A DNA stretch of 64,000 nucleotides from positions 44,268,001 to 44,332,000 of the forward strand of contig NC_043013.1 in assembly GCF_006345805.1 (NCBI RefSeq). Reading direction: 5' to 3'. A program made the position numbers and the translations under genes. The notes below the pieces were generated by a model, which did not search any database, was not told the origin of the DNA, and saw nothing but the letters and a program-made list of their open reading frames with translations. Each line of letters begins with the position of its first letter. The stretch's first letter is position 1. This document shows, one piece after another, positions 38,665-52,837 of this stretch. The stretch is from Octopus sinensis (Eukaryota).

Positions 38665-39399
38665 GTTATTTATATTTATATATAAACATAGCAGGCTTCA
38701 TTCAGTTTTTCATCACCAGATTCACTCTCAAAGCTTTGGTCAGCTCAGCTCCAGACTATAGTAGAAGACAGTTGCCCCAAGGTGCCTCAAGTGAGACTGA
38801 ACCTGAAATGATGTGGTTGGGAAGTTAGCTTGTCAGTCACATAACCACACCTATACAAAACACACACACCACACACACATGAATGAATCTCTGTATTTTC
38901 AACCCTGTGAAGTCTGTTTATTTGATCAACAAAATAGCCTACTTGTTTATTAAGAAGAAATCGGCTCAGTATACCATAGCTATATGTATCCTTAATGTAA
39001 TTTTAGGGGTGACTCAGTATGACAGTGTATGACAAATCCGGCATTTTTAAATTACAGATGCATCTTTAGGACTCCCAGTTTCAGTTCACCTACTTTCCAT
39101 TGCAATGCTTGAGTCAACCAGAACCTATGGTCAAAGATATAAGCACTAGATATCACACAGTAAGATGGTACTTTTGACTTCAAGACTTACCCATTAATTC
39201 AACCATTCTTCCATGCCCCTGTCCATACACACACATACACATGACCTTCTGCTCAGTTTTTGATTATATATTTAGAGTTTCCTTTGTAAGTCATTAGTCA
39301 ACCCAGGGTTATATAGCAGATTGAACTTTATGAGAACCTCAAAAGCATATGGCTGAGATGTGAACTTGTTTACCATTCAGCTGTATATACATATTATAC

Positions 39400-39460
<61 letters not shown>

Positions 39461-40760
39461 ATCCACTGATGAGATCCAGATATTCGCAGCATAGAAGACA
39501 TTAGTAAGTGCTGAAAATATTCAAACTTTGATTCCTTGTCTTACAAGAGTAAAGAATGGATATAAGAGGGATCAAGTTGAGCAGATATAGAGCAATTATG
39601 TGGATAAACCAAAATAAGATATATTAAATAATATTTTCTATTTCATACTCAAACTATTAAATTTAATATATCTAATTTGTTATCACCTAATTGCCCTTCT
39701 TCTCTCGCTCTCTTTCTATATAAATATATATATATATAATAAATAAATGCACCCTTTTAAAGCCTAGCCAGGCTCATGGACCCGGTTTCCCAATTTCAAT
39801 GGCGTATGGGTTCCGCAGCTGGATGGGATGCCAGTCCATTGCAGCGTTACTCTTTTTGCCACTGAGTGGACTGGAGCAACATGAAATGAAGTGTTTTCCT
39901 CAAGAACACAACGCGTCGCCTGGTTCCAGGATCGAAACCACAATCTTACGATCATGATGATGACACCCTAACCACTAAGCCACGTGCCTCTTTCTCTCTC
40001 TCTCTCTATATATATATATAATATTTATTTATATTTATATATAAACATAACAGGCTTCATTCAGTTTTTCATCACCAGATTCACTTCAAAGCTTTGGTCA
40101 GCTCAGCTCCAGACTATAGTAGAAGACAGTTGCCCAAGGTGCCTCAAGTGAGACTGAACCTGAAATGATGTGGTTGGGAAGTTAAGTTAGCTTGTCAGTC
40201 ACATAACAACACCTATACAAAACACACACACCACACACACATGAATGAATCTCTGTATTTTTTCAACCCTGTGAAGTCTGTTTATTTGATCAACAAAATA
40301 GCCTACTGTGTATTTAAGAAGAAATCGGCTCAGTATACCATAGCTATATGATCCTTAAGGTAATTTTAGGGGTGCTCAGTATGACAGTGTATGACAAATC
40401 CGGCATTTTAAATTACAGATGCATCTTTAGGAATCCCAGTTTCAGTTCACCTACTTTCCATTGCAATGCTTGAGTCAACCAGAACCTATGGTCAAAGATA
40501 TAAGCATAGATATCACACAGTAAGATGGTACTTTTGACTTCAAGACTTACCATTAATTCAACCATTCTTCCATGCCTGTGTCATCCATACACACACATAC
40601 ACTGACCTTTCTGCTCAGTTTTTGATTTATATATTAGAGTTTCCTTTGTAAGTCATTAGTCAACCCAGGTTATATAGCAGATTGAACTTTATGAGAACCT
40701 CAAAAGCATATGGCTGAGATGTGAACTTGTTTACCATTCAGCTGTATATACATATTATAC
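38081..40760. repeat. Tandem duplication, period 1,380 bp
   Basis: ATCCACTGATGAGATCCAG at 38081 and 39461; copies collinear to about 39400 and 40760; junctions in (TA)n; differences mostly 1-bp indels. Confidence 0.9.
38380..38620 (-). mobile_element. SINE with CORE-like middle and family D tail (duplicated at 39738-39990)
   Basis: Minus head GAGGCACGTGGCTTAGTGG...GGTTTCGATTCC, TGTTCTTGAGGAAAACACTT...CCAGTCCACTCAGCTG, tail shared with 34205. Confidence 0.75.
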
Positions 40761-40774
40761 ATATATATATATAC

Positions 40775-40805
<31 letters not shown>

Positions 40806-40809
<4 letters not shown>

Positions 40810-41017
40810 GAAATGAAGAAAATGCTGACAAAATAATTTAAGTAATTTAAGTAATTAATTAGGTGAAGTTCTTTTACCGGTTGCGCATTTGTTATGCTTA
40901 TCAAAAGTTTTTTCCTCTTAACTTTTGATAAGCATAACAAATGCGCAACCGGTAAAAAGAACTTTCACTTAATTAAATTACTTAAATTATTTTGTCAGCA
41001 TTTTCTTCATTTCCTTT
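40806..41017. repeat. 212-bp near-perfect hairpin (foldback)
   Basis: Arms 40806-40909 and 40920-41017 are reverse complements; 10-nt loop. Confidence 0.9.
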
Positions 41018-41599
41018 TTTATATATCACAACTCGTGTTCCACATCTCCTTTTTTAAATATATATATATATATATGCGAAGCACATGGTTTAGTGGTTAG
41101 AGGCATTTGGCTCATGATAGTAAGGTCGAGAGTTCAATTCCCTGAGGCGCGTTGTGTCTTTGAGCAAGACGCTTTATTTCACGTTCCTCCAGTTCACTCA
41201 GCTGACAAAAATGAGTGCTCCTTTATATATATATATAAAAATACATCAGGCTGTGCAAACTGGCCATGCTGAGGCATGGTTGAATGAGTTAACCCCAGTA
41301 CTTATTTTTTTTTTAATCCTGGTACTTCTAGCATTCTCTTTTGCCAAACCACTAAGTTACAGGGATGTAAACACACCAACACCAGTTGTCAAGCAGTGAT
41401 GGTGGTGGGGCAAACACAAACAGAGACACAAAGACACGCACACACAGACACACATATATATATATATATAATGGTGGGCTTCTTACCACAGCCACACCTG
41501 CACTATATATATGTGTGCATGTATGTATATATACATATATTTGTATATATATGAATATATATGTAAATATATACATGTATGTATAAATACATATATATG

Positions 41600-41630
<31 letters not shown>

Positions 41631-42133
41631 GTATGTATATATATATATCTCCCACACCCCACCCCTACACATCCCAAGCCCCCCACCCATCTCACTCCCA
41701 CATACCTCACAACCTCACCCCAAACCTACACCCCACCCTTGCAACCCCCAAACCCCAACACCACACATCATGCCACCCCACAGCACACACCAGAACACAA
41801 CATACCACACCATCACACCACAACACAACAAACCACACCACCAAACTACATTGCACCCCCTCCACACACCAGCACTGCCCACTTTCCAGCACCCACACAT
41901 TTACACATGCACACACCCACATGTCAAGGTCACCAGCCCAAATCCACATGCACACACTTAGACGCTCTCATATACACGCGCAGCGCACCTTCGTTTTAAG
42001 ATCGCCACTACATTATTATCTCCCCTTCTTCCTAGCTCTTCTGTCTGACCACCTCCATCCAACCATCGCCATGATTGACCACTAACCACTAGAGGTTTTC
42101 TTATTCTCTCTCTCTGTTTATTTCCTCGTGTTC

Positions 42134-42169
42134 CTTTCCATTGAAGAGCGTAGGCTCAAAACGTAAAAG
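42134..42169 (+). other. Decayed copy of the minimal-hammerhead element
   Basis: CTTT-CCATTGA-A-GAGC(GTAG)GCTC-AAAA-CG-TA|AAAG; core mutated. Confidence 0.5.
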
Positions 42170-42259
42170 ACCTTCTCACCTTCCAAGTGATAAACTAATA
42201 CACCTGTTTGCTGTTTATACACCTGTCTTCATCTTTTGTTTTTTTGTAAATTCCAGCTA

Positions 42260-42513
42260 TATACATTATATATACATATATATATATATACATACATACG
42301 TATATATATATATACATACATATGTATACATACATATATATGCATACATATATATATACACATACATACATATATATACATACATATACACATATACACA
42401 CACATATATGCATACATATACACATACACATATATACACACACACACACATACACATATATACACACACACACACATACACATATATACACACACACACA
42501 CATACACATATAT

Positions 42514-42563
<50 letters not shown>

Positions 42564-42920
42564 ATACATATATATGTATATATACATATATTGCTAGCAT
42601 GGAAAGCGGACGTTAAACGATATGATGATGATGATGATGATACATATATATACATATATATATATATATAAACATATATATATAAACATATATATGTATA
42701 TATAAACATATATATGTATATATACATACATATATGTATATATACATACATATATGTATATATACATACATGTATGTATATACATAAATATATGCATATA
42801 TAAGTATATATACATATGTATGTATAGATGTATATATACATATACATATGTATATGTATGTATAGATGTATATCTACATATACTTATATGTATATGTATA
42901 TATATATGTATATAATACGT
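42260..42920. repeat. Compound TA/CA microsatellite with SINE C tail remnant
   Basis: Simple repeats; CATGGAAAGCGGACGTTAAACG(ATG)n at about 42598-42640. Confidence 0.85.
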
Positions 42921-43399
42921 CACAAACATATTTTAACTAACCTAAATTATATATAAATTAGATACACACACACACTTTTACTTAGTGAATTTATGTTACA
43001 ATTCCTTGTAGCAAGTGACATGTTCATTGCTGCCAGAGTTTTTCAAACTCTAAGCAGGTATTGCGTTCACTTTCATCTTGGGGTGGACATAACTTGCACT
43101 CTATATCTTATTTTACTTCCTGCACTTACCCAACTGTGGCCATGCAAGAGCAGCACTTTGATTGGTTTAGCTGCACAAACCAACACTAATTTTTTTTAAG
43201 TCTAGTAATTACACAATTGATCTCTGATGAACTGGCTAATCCTCAGGGATGTAAACAAACCAACACTATTTCCTAAGTGGTAGGGAGACAGACACAAAGA
43301 CAAACACACATATGGTGGTACCCAGCATGGCCACAGCACGTGTACTGAAACTAGTTCAATTGAATTCAATTCATATATGTATGTATGTATGTATGTATA

Positions 43400-43805
43400 T
43401 TTCTTTTACTTGTTTCAGTCATTTAACTGTGGCCATGCTGGAGCACTGCCTTTAATCGAACAAACTGACCCCAGGACTTATTTGTAAGCCTAGTACTTAT
43501 TCTATCGTTTCCTTTTGCTAAACCGCTAAGTTACGGGAATGTAAACACCTACATTGGTTGTCAAGCGATGGTAGGGGGGCCAAACACACAAACATATACA
43601 TACATACATTATATTTTATATATATATATATATATATAGACAACAGGCTTCTTTCAGTTTCCGTCTACCAAATCCACTCACAAGACCTTGATTGACCTGA
43701 GGCTATAATAGAGGATACTTACCCAAGGTGCCATGCTGTGGGACTGAACCTTGGACTAAGTGGTCGGTAAGCAAGCGACTTAACACACAGTCACTCCTGC
43801 GTCTA
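43400..43805 (-). mobile_element. SINE family B
   Basis: Family B pattern. Confidence 0.85.
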
Positions 43806-44315
43806 TATGAATATATATATGGTTTGATATATATATATATGTGATGATATATATATGGTCATATATATGTATATATATACTGCATAACTCTCTCTGAGAG
43901 ATTTAGAAATGTAATATATCTAGTTATAAATATATGTATATATGTATGTATATACACGAGGTAACATAAAAAAAGCCAGCATTAGTTATGTTTAATATGA
44001 AATAACTTATTTACCTAAATTTTAAGATCATGTCCTTCGAAATAGTCATCATGCACAGCAATCCACCAATTCCAGCATTCCTGCCGCTTTTGGAATCCAA
44101 CCTGGAAGTCGTATTCAGTGAGTTAAGGACCTCCTGTGATTCACTCTGTATCTCAGTGACAGTGTTAAGACTATGACCTTTGAGTGTCATTTTCATCTTG
44201 GAGAAGAGATGGAAGTCCGCAGGTGCTCAATATGGTGAATAGGGTGGGTACAGAAGTGATACCACGTTATTTTTGGCAAGAAACTCACGAGTAAGGATAG
44301 CTCGATGGCAGGGGA

Positions 44316-44600
44316 CATCATCATCATCATCGTTTAACATCCGCTTTCCATGCTGGCATGGGTTGGATGATTTGACTGCGGACAGGCAAGCCAGGAGGCT
44401 GTACCAGGCCCCAATCTGATCCAGCAAGGTTTCTACAGCTGGATTCCCTTCCTAATGCCAACCACTCCAAGAGTATAATAGGTGCTTTTTACGTGCCACC
44501 AGCATAGGGGACAGTCAGGCAGCACTGGCATCAACCACTCTCAAATGGTGCTTTTTATGTGCCACCAACATGGGAGCCAGTCAGGTGGCACTGGCATCAA
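44316..44600 (-). mobile_element. SINE-like family C inserted in mariner
   Basis: Interrupts the HDNAP motif region. Confidence 0.8.
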
Positions 44601-44748
44601 CTCATGCTCCACACATCCAGTTGCTCTCACCAATTGTCCTCCCTTGAATACCTAAAATGTTGCAGTAGAACTCTCCATTGACAGTCTGACCCTGGGGGAT
44701 GAATTCTCTGTGCACAGGAGTTAAAAATATACATATATAACTATTTCA

Positions 44749-45122
44749 TAGGCACAGGAGTGGCTGTATGGTAAGTAGCTTGCTTACCAACCACTTGGTT
44801 CAGTCCCACTGCGTGGCACCTTGGGCAAGTGTCTTCTACTATAGCCTCGGGCCGATCAAAGCCTTGTGAGTGGATTTGGTAGACGGAAACTGAAAGAAGC
44901 CCGTCATATATATGTATATATATATATGTGTGTTTGTCCCCCCAACATTGTCTGACAGCCAATGCTGGTGTGTTTACGTCCCTGTAACTTAGCGGTTCAG
45001 GAAAAGAGACCGATAGAATAAGTACTAGGCATACACAGAATAAGTCCTGGGGTCGATTTGCTCAACTAAACGTGGTGCTCCAGCATGGCCACAGTCAAAT
45101 GACTGAAAGAAGTAAAAGAGTA
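44749..45122 (+). mobile_element. SINE family B inserted in mariner
   Basis: Full head to GTAAAAGAGTAA tail. Confidence 0.85.
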
Positions 45123-45250
45123 ATACCACATTTGCAGGAGTGATGTTCATGCCAGGTCTTCCAGATTGCTCATAGTCTTCCAGAGACGTTCTTTCACTTT
45201 TGCAGTGACTGTGCCACTCAAGACATTGCCTATGACCCATTGCCTTGTCA

Positions 45251-45504
45251 CTGTAGACTTGCTGATGCATGCTCAATGTCTCTGTAGACTTGCTGATGCA
45301 TGCTCAATGTCTCTGTAGACTTGCTGATGCATGCTCAATGTCTCTGTAGACTTGCTGATGCATGCTCAATGTCTCTGTAGACTTGCTGATGCATGCTCAA
45401 TGTCTCTGTAGACTTGCTGATGCATGCTCAATGTCTCTGTAGACTTGCTGATGCATGCTCAATGTCTCTGTAGACTTGCTGATGCATGCTCAATGTCTCT
45501 GTAG
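45251..45504. repeat. 31-bp minisatellite, 8 identical copies plus 6 bp
   Basis: Unit CTGTAGACTTGCTGATGCATGCTCAATGTCT at 45251, 282, 313, 344, 375, 406, 437, 468. Confidence 0.95.
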
Positions 45505-45739
45505 CAGACTTCCCAAGTTTTACGCAATATTTCACATTGGCTTTTCATTCCTGTCTACGACAAAATCGCAGACAACAGCATACACGTGATCAGGGAAGCA
45601 CAAATATTACAACTTCTGAAGCAAACACTGTGATGTCACTCAGTACACTGCCTCATGAAGGTCATTTGCTACACAAAATTGTGTGCTGCCATCTGTTGGA
45701 CGCTGTAGAACTAATCCAGGAACTTTTTGATACTATCTG

Positions 45740-45777
<38 letters not shown>

Positions 45778-45947
45778 CTATAAAAATATATGTATATATA
45801 TTTATATATATATATGTGTATTAGTATATATATATATTAATATATATGCATATATATATTAATATATATATGCATATATATATTAATATATACATGCATA
45901 TATGTATTAATATATATATATGCATATGTGTATTAATATATATATAT

Positions 45948-46316
45948 ACTCTTTTACTCTTTTACTTGTTTCAGTCATTTGACTGCGGCCATGCTGGAGC
46001 ACCGCCTTTAATCAAGCAACTCGACCCCAGGACTTATTCTTTTGTAAGCCCAGTACTTATTCTATCGGTCTATTTTGCCGAACCACTAAGTAACAGGGAC
46101 ATAAACACACCAGCATCGGTTGTCAAGCAATGCTAGGGGGACAAACACAGACACACACACACATATATATACATATATACGACGGGCTTCTTTCAGTTTC
46201 CGTCTACCAAATCCACTCACAAGGCTTTGGTCGGCCCGAGGCTATAGTAGAAGACACTAGCCCAAGGTGCCACGCAGTGGGACTGAACCCGGAACCATGT
46301 GGTTGGTAAACAAGCT
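45948..46316 (-). mobile_element. SINE family B
   Basis: Near-consensus copy. Confidence 0.85.
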
Positions 46317-46319
46317 AAT

Positions 46320-47243
46320 ATACATATATGCATATATATATTAATATATATATGCATATATGTATTAATATATATATGCATATATATATTAATATGCATA
46401 TATGTATTATATATATATATATATGCATATATATATATATTTATATAAATATATATACATATATATATATATTTATATAAATATATATACATATATATAT
46501 ATTAATATATATAATATTATCTATATCTTATATATATTAATATATATAACTATTATACATATATATATATATTATCATATATAAATATATATACATTATT
46601 AATATATATATATATTATATATATATATCTATTATTAATATATATATATTATACATATATATATATAATATCTATATATTAATCTATCTTATATAATATA
46701 TTAATAATATATATTAATATATTCCCTATATATAATATATATAAATATATATACATATATATATAACTATATATACTATATATATAAATATATATACATA
46801 TATATATATATATAAATATACATACATATACATCATACATACATACATACATACATATATAAAACCATGCTGGTGTGGTAATAAGTTTGCTTCTTCACCA
46901 CATGGTTCCTGGTTCAGTCTTACTGCATGGCACCTTGGCCAAATGTCTTCTATTATAACTTTGGGGCAATCAGAAGAAGCCTTTTGAGTGGATTTGGTAG
47001 ATGGAAGTCCATCATATAAGTGCACTCATGTGCACTTGTGTGCCTTTATATCCGTCTTTGTGGTCTACTACTTCTTGACAATCACTGTTGGTACATTTAC
47101 ATCCTCATAATTTGGTGGTTCAGCAAAAGAGACTTAACAGAGTAAGTATCAGACTTTAAAAAATTAGAATTGGGTTGATTCTTTTGACTAAAATTCTGCA
47201 AGGCAGGGCCCCAAGCAAAGGATATAAAATTATATATTTATTA

Positions 47244-47327
<84 letters not shown>

Positions 47328-47755
47328 TATAGTATATATATATATATATATATGTGTGTAATATATATTATCTATATATAACGGGAAGCTTTATGAAAAT
47401 AGACAAAAGACGAAGGCAGGTGGGAAACAAACAAACAATGTCTATATATATGTATATATATATGTATATGTATATATATATGTCTATATATATGTATATA
47501 TATATATGTGTATATATATGTCTATATATATGTATGTATATATATATATATGTGTGTGTATATGTATATATGTGTGTATCATCATCATCATCGTTTAACG
47601 TCCGTTAAACGATGATGATGATATGTGTATATATGTATATATGTGTATATATATGCATATATGTGTATATATATGCATATATGTGTATATATATGTATAT
47701 ATGTATATATGTGTATATATGTATGTATATATATATGTGTGTGTATATATAGTAC

Positions 47756-47800
<45 letters not shown>
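46320..47800. repeat. Mostly (TA)n-rich microsatellite with an old SINE B (46866-47210)
   Basis: Simple repeats. Confidence 0.8.
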
Positions 47801-47806
<6 letters not shown>

Positions 47807-48769
47807 ATTTATTGATAGACAGGTATGTATAGCTGTGTGTGTGTGTGTTCATAGATAGACAAATATGTATATATATCTGTGTGTATATATATATCTTTTC
47901 TTACACATATATAAACGTACATACATTCAAATAGATATAAATACACAAACACACACACATACATATATATATATATACTGTGTTTACTTTTGTGTGTGTG
48001 TATATCTGTAATGTGTATATGTTTATATGTGTGTATGTGTGTGTGTGTATAGAAATACATTATGTGTGTGTTTGCATTAAAACCATGGACAAAACGTAGA
48101 AGTAAATAATTACTGTCAGAAATATATATCAAATATGTATTGCAACGATAATTGAATTAATCATTTTTAACATATTCGCAAGGCCACAAAGTTTTAAGTT
48201 TTCAAAGGGATAGCTGATTAAATCAGTCCTAGTATTTAGCATTTTACCGATCCCATATGGGTGACTGTTGAAATTTTACCGTGGTTGGATTTGAACTCAG
48301 ACTAACATAAAGAACCAGAAAAAAAATATTTTAAACCACAATACAATCAGTTAGAATCGCTAACAATTCTTCAAATCCACAGAATAATGGTAAATTTAAA
48401 GGTTCTGTATAAAAATTGCTATGATTTATTTTTATAAACCTCCAATATGTGAAAAACTTATCCCTATGTTGTATTTGTTAAGAAGTGATTTTTGAAGTTT
48501 GTTGGATTTTTCTGGTAGATTTCTTTTACAGTTTTGCTATAAACTTCTGTCCCCGCCGAAAGGATGGAACTAAAAGGTTACAACATTTTTCATTTTATAA
48601 TCTTGAGGTTACATTCATGCATTTAAGAAGCAAAATTGTGTTTGGGTTCCAGCAGGGTTCCGGCATGAGAATCATATTCATAAATTCTGAAGGAAGGGAA
48701 ACAAATATAGTCTAGTCACTTATTCTCTGGATTCAGTAAGACAGACCTGGACTATATACAACACATATA

Positions 48770-48801
<32 letters not shown>

Positions 48802-48846
48802 CACATATTCATCGGTGTGTATGTGTATATATAAAATGTGTATGTA

Positions 48847-48884
<38 letters not shown>

Positions 48885-49087
48885 TATGTGTATGCATGTA
48901 TATATATACACACATATTCATCGGTGTGTGTGTGTGTATATACATACATATATATATATATATACACGCATCAGCGCCCCAGCATGGCCACAGCCTCAGG
49001 GCCGAAACATATAAAAGAATATACAAATAATATATAAATGTATGTGTGTGTGTGAATGCACATATGCATGTGTATATATATATATAA

Positions 49088-49131
<44 letters not shown>

Positions 49132-50718
49132 AACAGAAATAAATAAATGTATTCTGTACATCTATACACGCAGACACACTCAAACTTATGTTTTCTTGTC
49201 ATTGTTTATTATTTGTTGAAGATTCAATTGTATCTTAGATTTCTCAAAGATGATGACTTAAAATATATTGATTAAAACAATGGTGATGATGATGATGATG
49301 GTGAGTAAGAAGATTATTTACAATTATGTCCAAGATTTATTGGAAAGAAGAAATCAGTAATTTTGGGGGAATTTGGAAATATATGTCAATTTTGCAATAT
49401 ATATAGAGAGATTTACACATGTAGACATACATATAAATATATATGCATGCCAAGAAAATACAACATAAAATTATGTGGGCGTAGAATTTGAACCAAAATA
49501 AATGGAAACAAAACGTTAAAAAACAAGCATGGGAATATAGAACTTAGCAAACATGTGGAGGATTTGGTATTTCATTCTTTTTCTTTTTTTGTTATTTCAA
49601 ACTCCCCGGTTAAAGATGGAAAATTGGAGAGAGTAAGATAGAAAGGCAGACAAGAGAAAATTAACATTACTTACCAAATTTACTGAAGCCTTCCAGTTAA
49701 ATTAAGAACCATTTATAAAGTCACAAAACCTTTCTGTAGCTTCCATACATACAGCAACAGACACAAACCATTTCCCCCTCTTTTAGTTTTATTTTATTTA
49801 TTTATTTATATGTATATATATATTTTTTTTTTACTTAGAGAGAGAGAGGGGGGAGGTGGTGATAGAAAGTGACAGACAGGCAGTGAGTGAGAGAGAAAAA
49901 GGAGATAGACAGAAATAAAGAGAGGGGATCAGGTTTCATGAAGACTTGAAGACTTGCTAGTCTAACTGAAGAAGAGGAACTGAGAAAAGGCGGGTTAGAG
50001 AGAGGAATAGAATGATGGTGCTGGTACTGGGGGGGGGGATGGGAATAAAGAAAGTTGCCTGCTGAAGAAGGTGGAAACTTTTAAAGACAGAAAGAGAGAG
50101 AGAGATTAGAGTCTGTGACTATGTTTTAGAGATTCTAAAGTTGCCAAACTGGCAGCAGAGTAATGGTGGTGTTAGTGGCGTTGGTGGTTTTTGTAGTGTT
50201 ACTGGGTAGTGGTGATGGCAGTACTGCTGGTAGTAGTGTTGATGGCGGTGTTGGGGGTGGAATTTTTTCCATCTGAAGAATTTACTCCATGCTGAAATCT
50301 AAATGACTTGATAAGAAAAAAAGAAAAAGAAAAAGAAAAGAAAAAAATTGACCAGGAGTTGGAAGAAAACAAAAACAATAATATCAACACCAACAACAAT
50401 AATAATGACTTTGTTGTTGTTTTAACTAAACCTGAGACTTTATGTGTGTAAGGAAAAGGAAAATACAGAATTGTGTAATATTCATTTCTTTCCTTAAATA
50501 AATATCTTCCAAGTTGTGTATATAAAACCCAGAAACCATGAGTTTCCTAGTCCTGCATATTTTGTTCACTCAACCATTCTACTTTTACAATAGTAATTAG
50601 TTGTATGTTTAAGCAGGGGACTAAATGAGAGATAGTGATGTTTATGCGTTTCCCAAGGGGATTGGTGGAAAGAATGAATGCTACAACATCCTGTTTCTCT
50701 TCTTTAATTTAGATTACT

Positions 50719-50945
50719 CGAGCTGACAAAATCGTTAGCTCGCTGGACGAAATGCTCAGCAGTATTTCGACCGTTGCTACGTTCTGAGTTCAAATTCCGC
50801 CGAGGTTGACTTTGCCTTTCATCCTTTCGGGGTCGATTAAATAAGTACCAGTTATGCACTGGGGTCGATATAATCGACCTAATCCATTTGTCTGTCCTTG
50901 TTCGTCCCCTCTGTGATTAGCCACTTGTGGGTGGTAAAGAAATAG
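50719..50945 (+). mobile_element. SINE family A
   Basis: Family A consensus. Confidence 0.85.
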
Positions 50946-50949
50946 ATTA

Positions 50950-51165
50950 CTCCTTTACTTGTTTCAGTCATTTGACTGTGGCTATGCTGGAGCACCGCCT
51001 TTAGTCGATCAAGCAAATCGACCCCAGGACTTATTCTTTGTAAGCCTAGTACTTATTCTATCGATCTTTTCTGCTGAACTGCTAAGTTACGGGGACGTAA
51101 ACGCACCAGCATCAGTTGTCATGCGATGTTGGGGGGGGGACAAACACAGACACACACACACATAC

Positions 51166-51230
<65 letters not shown>

Positions 51231-51406
51231 CATACATACATACAACAGGCTTCTTTCAGTTTCCGTCTACCAAATCCACTCACAAGGCCTTGGTTGGTCT
51301 GAGGCTATAGTAGAAGACACTTGCCCAAGGTACCACGCAGTGGGACTGAAACTAGAACCATGTGGATCATATGCAAGCTACTTACCACACAGTCACTCCT
51401 ACACCT
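50950..51406 (-). mobile_element. SINE family B
   Basis: Family B pattern, tail-to-tail with SINE A. Confidence 0.85.
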
Positions 51407-52309
51407 ATATTTATTATTTATTCTTTTTATCTTTCGCTTGTTTCAATCCTTGGACTGTGGCCATGCATGGTAGGGTACTGCCTTCAAGGGTTTTACTTGG
51501 ACAAATTGACCCCCCATTCCCTCAATACTTATTTTAAAGTCTGTATATGTACAGATGCCTTTTATATGACACCAGAACATATTTGTTTTATATATATCTA
51601 CCTGTTACTGTGTTTGTGTTTACTCATGTAAAAACCAGCATTGTGTAAAAAAGCATAACTTAGCATATACATATACATATATTTGATGGGTTTCTTTCAG
51701 TTTCCGTCTACTGAATCCACTCACAAGGCTATGGTCAGCTTGAGGCTATAGTAGACAACACTTGACAAGGTGTCACACAGTGGGACTGAACCCGGAACCA
51801 TGTAGTTCGTAAGCAAGCTACTTACCACACAGCCACTCCTACGCCTATAAAACATTTATATGTAAGACTCTACCATATGTGTATTTATCATGTAGCCCCC
51901 ACCCCATGCTGAGGTCCTGGATAATCAGCCTAACTACTTACTACACATAGACTTATCATTTTTTCTGTCTTACCAACTGAGGTGACTTTGCTTTGTTGAT
52001 GAGAGCCAATAAGATCAAACCATGCCTATTGCTTTAACCATTTGGCTTAAAAGATAAAATTCATTCTTAACTGCTTTACTTTCATTTTCTGAAAAATTTG
52101 CATAAGTTGACATTATTGAAGTTATGCCTTTTGTTTGTTGCTTTTAGGTTTTAAACACCCCTAGAGGGACTTTTTTGTCTTCAAATTTCAAGGATAATAT
52201 CAGTTTGATGAAAGCTTTTCAGTTCAAGTATACTCACATATGAGATTCTAACAGATGCGTATTTAGCACACAGAACATTCCCCTTGAGACATTTGTCCTA
52301 TCTGTGACA

Positions 52310-52500
52310 TACTATCTTTATGTAAAGAATTGATGCCGGTTCTAGTGTCTTTGAGAATTTATCAGCGCTGAGTCACTTCGTGTGATAAAAGAGTACCAAG
52401 CATATTTATCAAAGTAAAGCCATGCTTTGAAAATCTACAAGTAATATTCAGTAAACTCATCAGTATTTGTACTAATGAAACTCCATCAATGATTCAAAAG
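52310..52500 (+). pseudogene. hAT (SPIN/Buster-like) transposase relic
   Basis: VFENLSAL..; KLISICTNETPSMI resembles the KLVSxxTDGAPxM motif. Confidence 0.45.
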
Positions 52501-52588
52501 CTGTTTGGACTACAATGGGGTCCCTATGGCCCTTGGGGGCCCACAATAGATTTTATTGTTTAAATTTATGTGCTCTAAATTGGTTATA

Positions 52589-52816
52589 TATTTCTTTACT
52601 ACCCACAAGGGGCTAAACACAGAGGGGACAAACAAGGACAGACAAGCGGATTAAGTCGATTACATCGACCCCAGTGCGTAACTGGTACTTAATTTATCGA
52701 CCCCGAAAGGATGAAAGGCAAAGTCAACCTCGACAGAATTTGAACCCAGAATGTAACGGCAGACGAAATACGGCTACGCATTTCGCCTGGCGTGCTAACG
52801 GTTCTGCCAGCTCGCC
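52589..52816 (-). mobile_element. SINE family A
   Basis: Family A consensus. Confidence 0.85.
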
Positions 52817-52837
52817 TAAATTGGTTATAGTTCTACA

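Larger units (their letters stand above)
43953..45742 (-). mobile_element. Decayed mariner element fragmented by two SINEs and a minisatellite
   Basis: KANVKYCVKLGKSATETLSM..LEDYEQSGRP (45560-45125), VHREFIPQGQTVNGEFYC (44715-44600), PCHRAILTREFLAKNN..PPYSP..APADFHLF (44315-44100); degenerate TIRs at both ends. Confidence 0.8.

Noticed and set aside
41650-41960. C/A-rich region giving 110-168 aa H/T/P-rich ORFs
   Set aside because: Aperiodic low-complexity sequence, likely a degraded (CA)n tract or poor-quality consensus
45251-45504. CRISPR-like array
   Set aside because: Contiguous repeats with no spacers, eukaryotic context, and unit derived from mariner coding sequence
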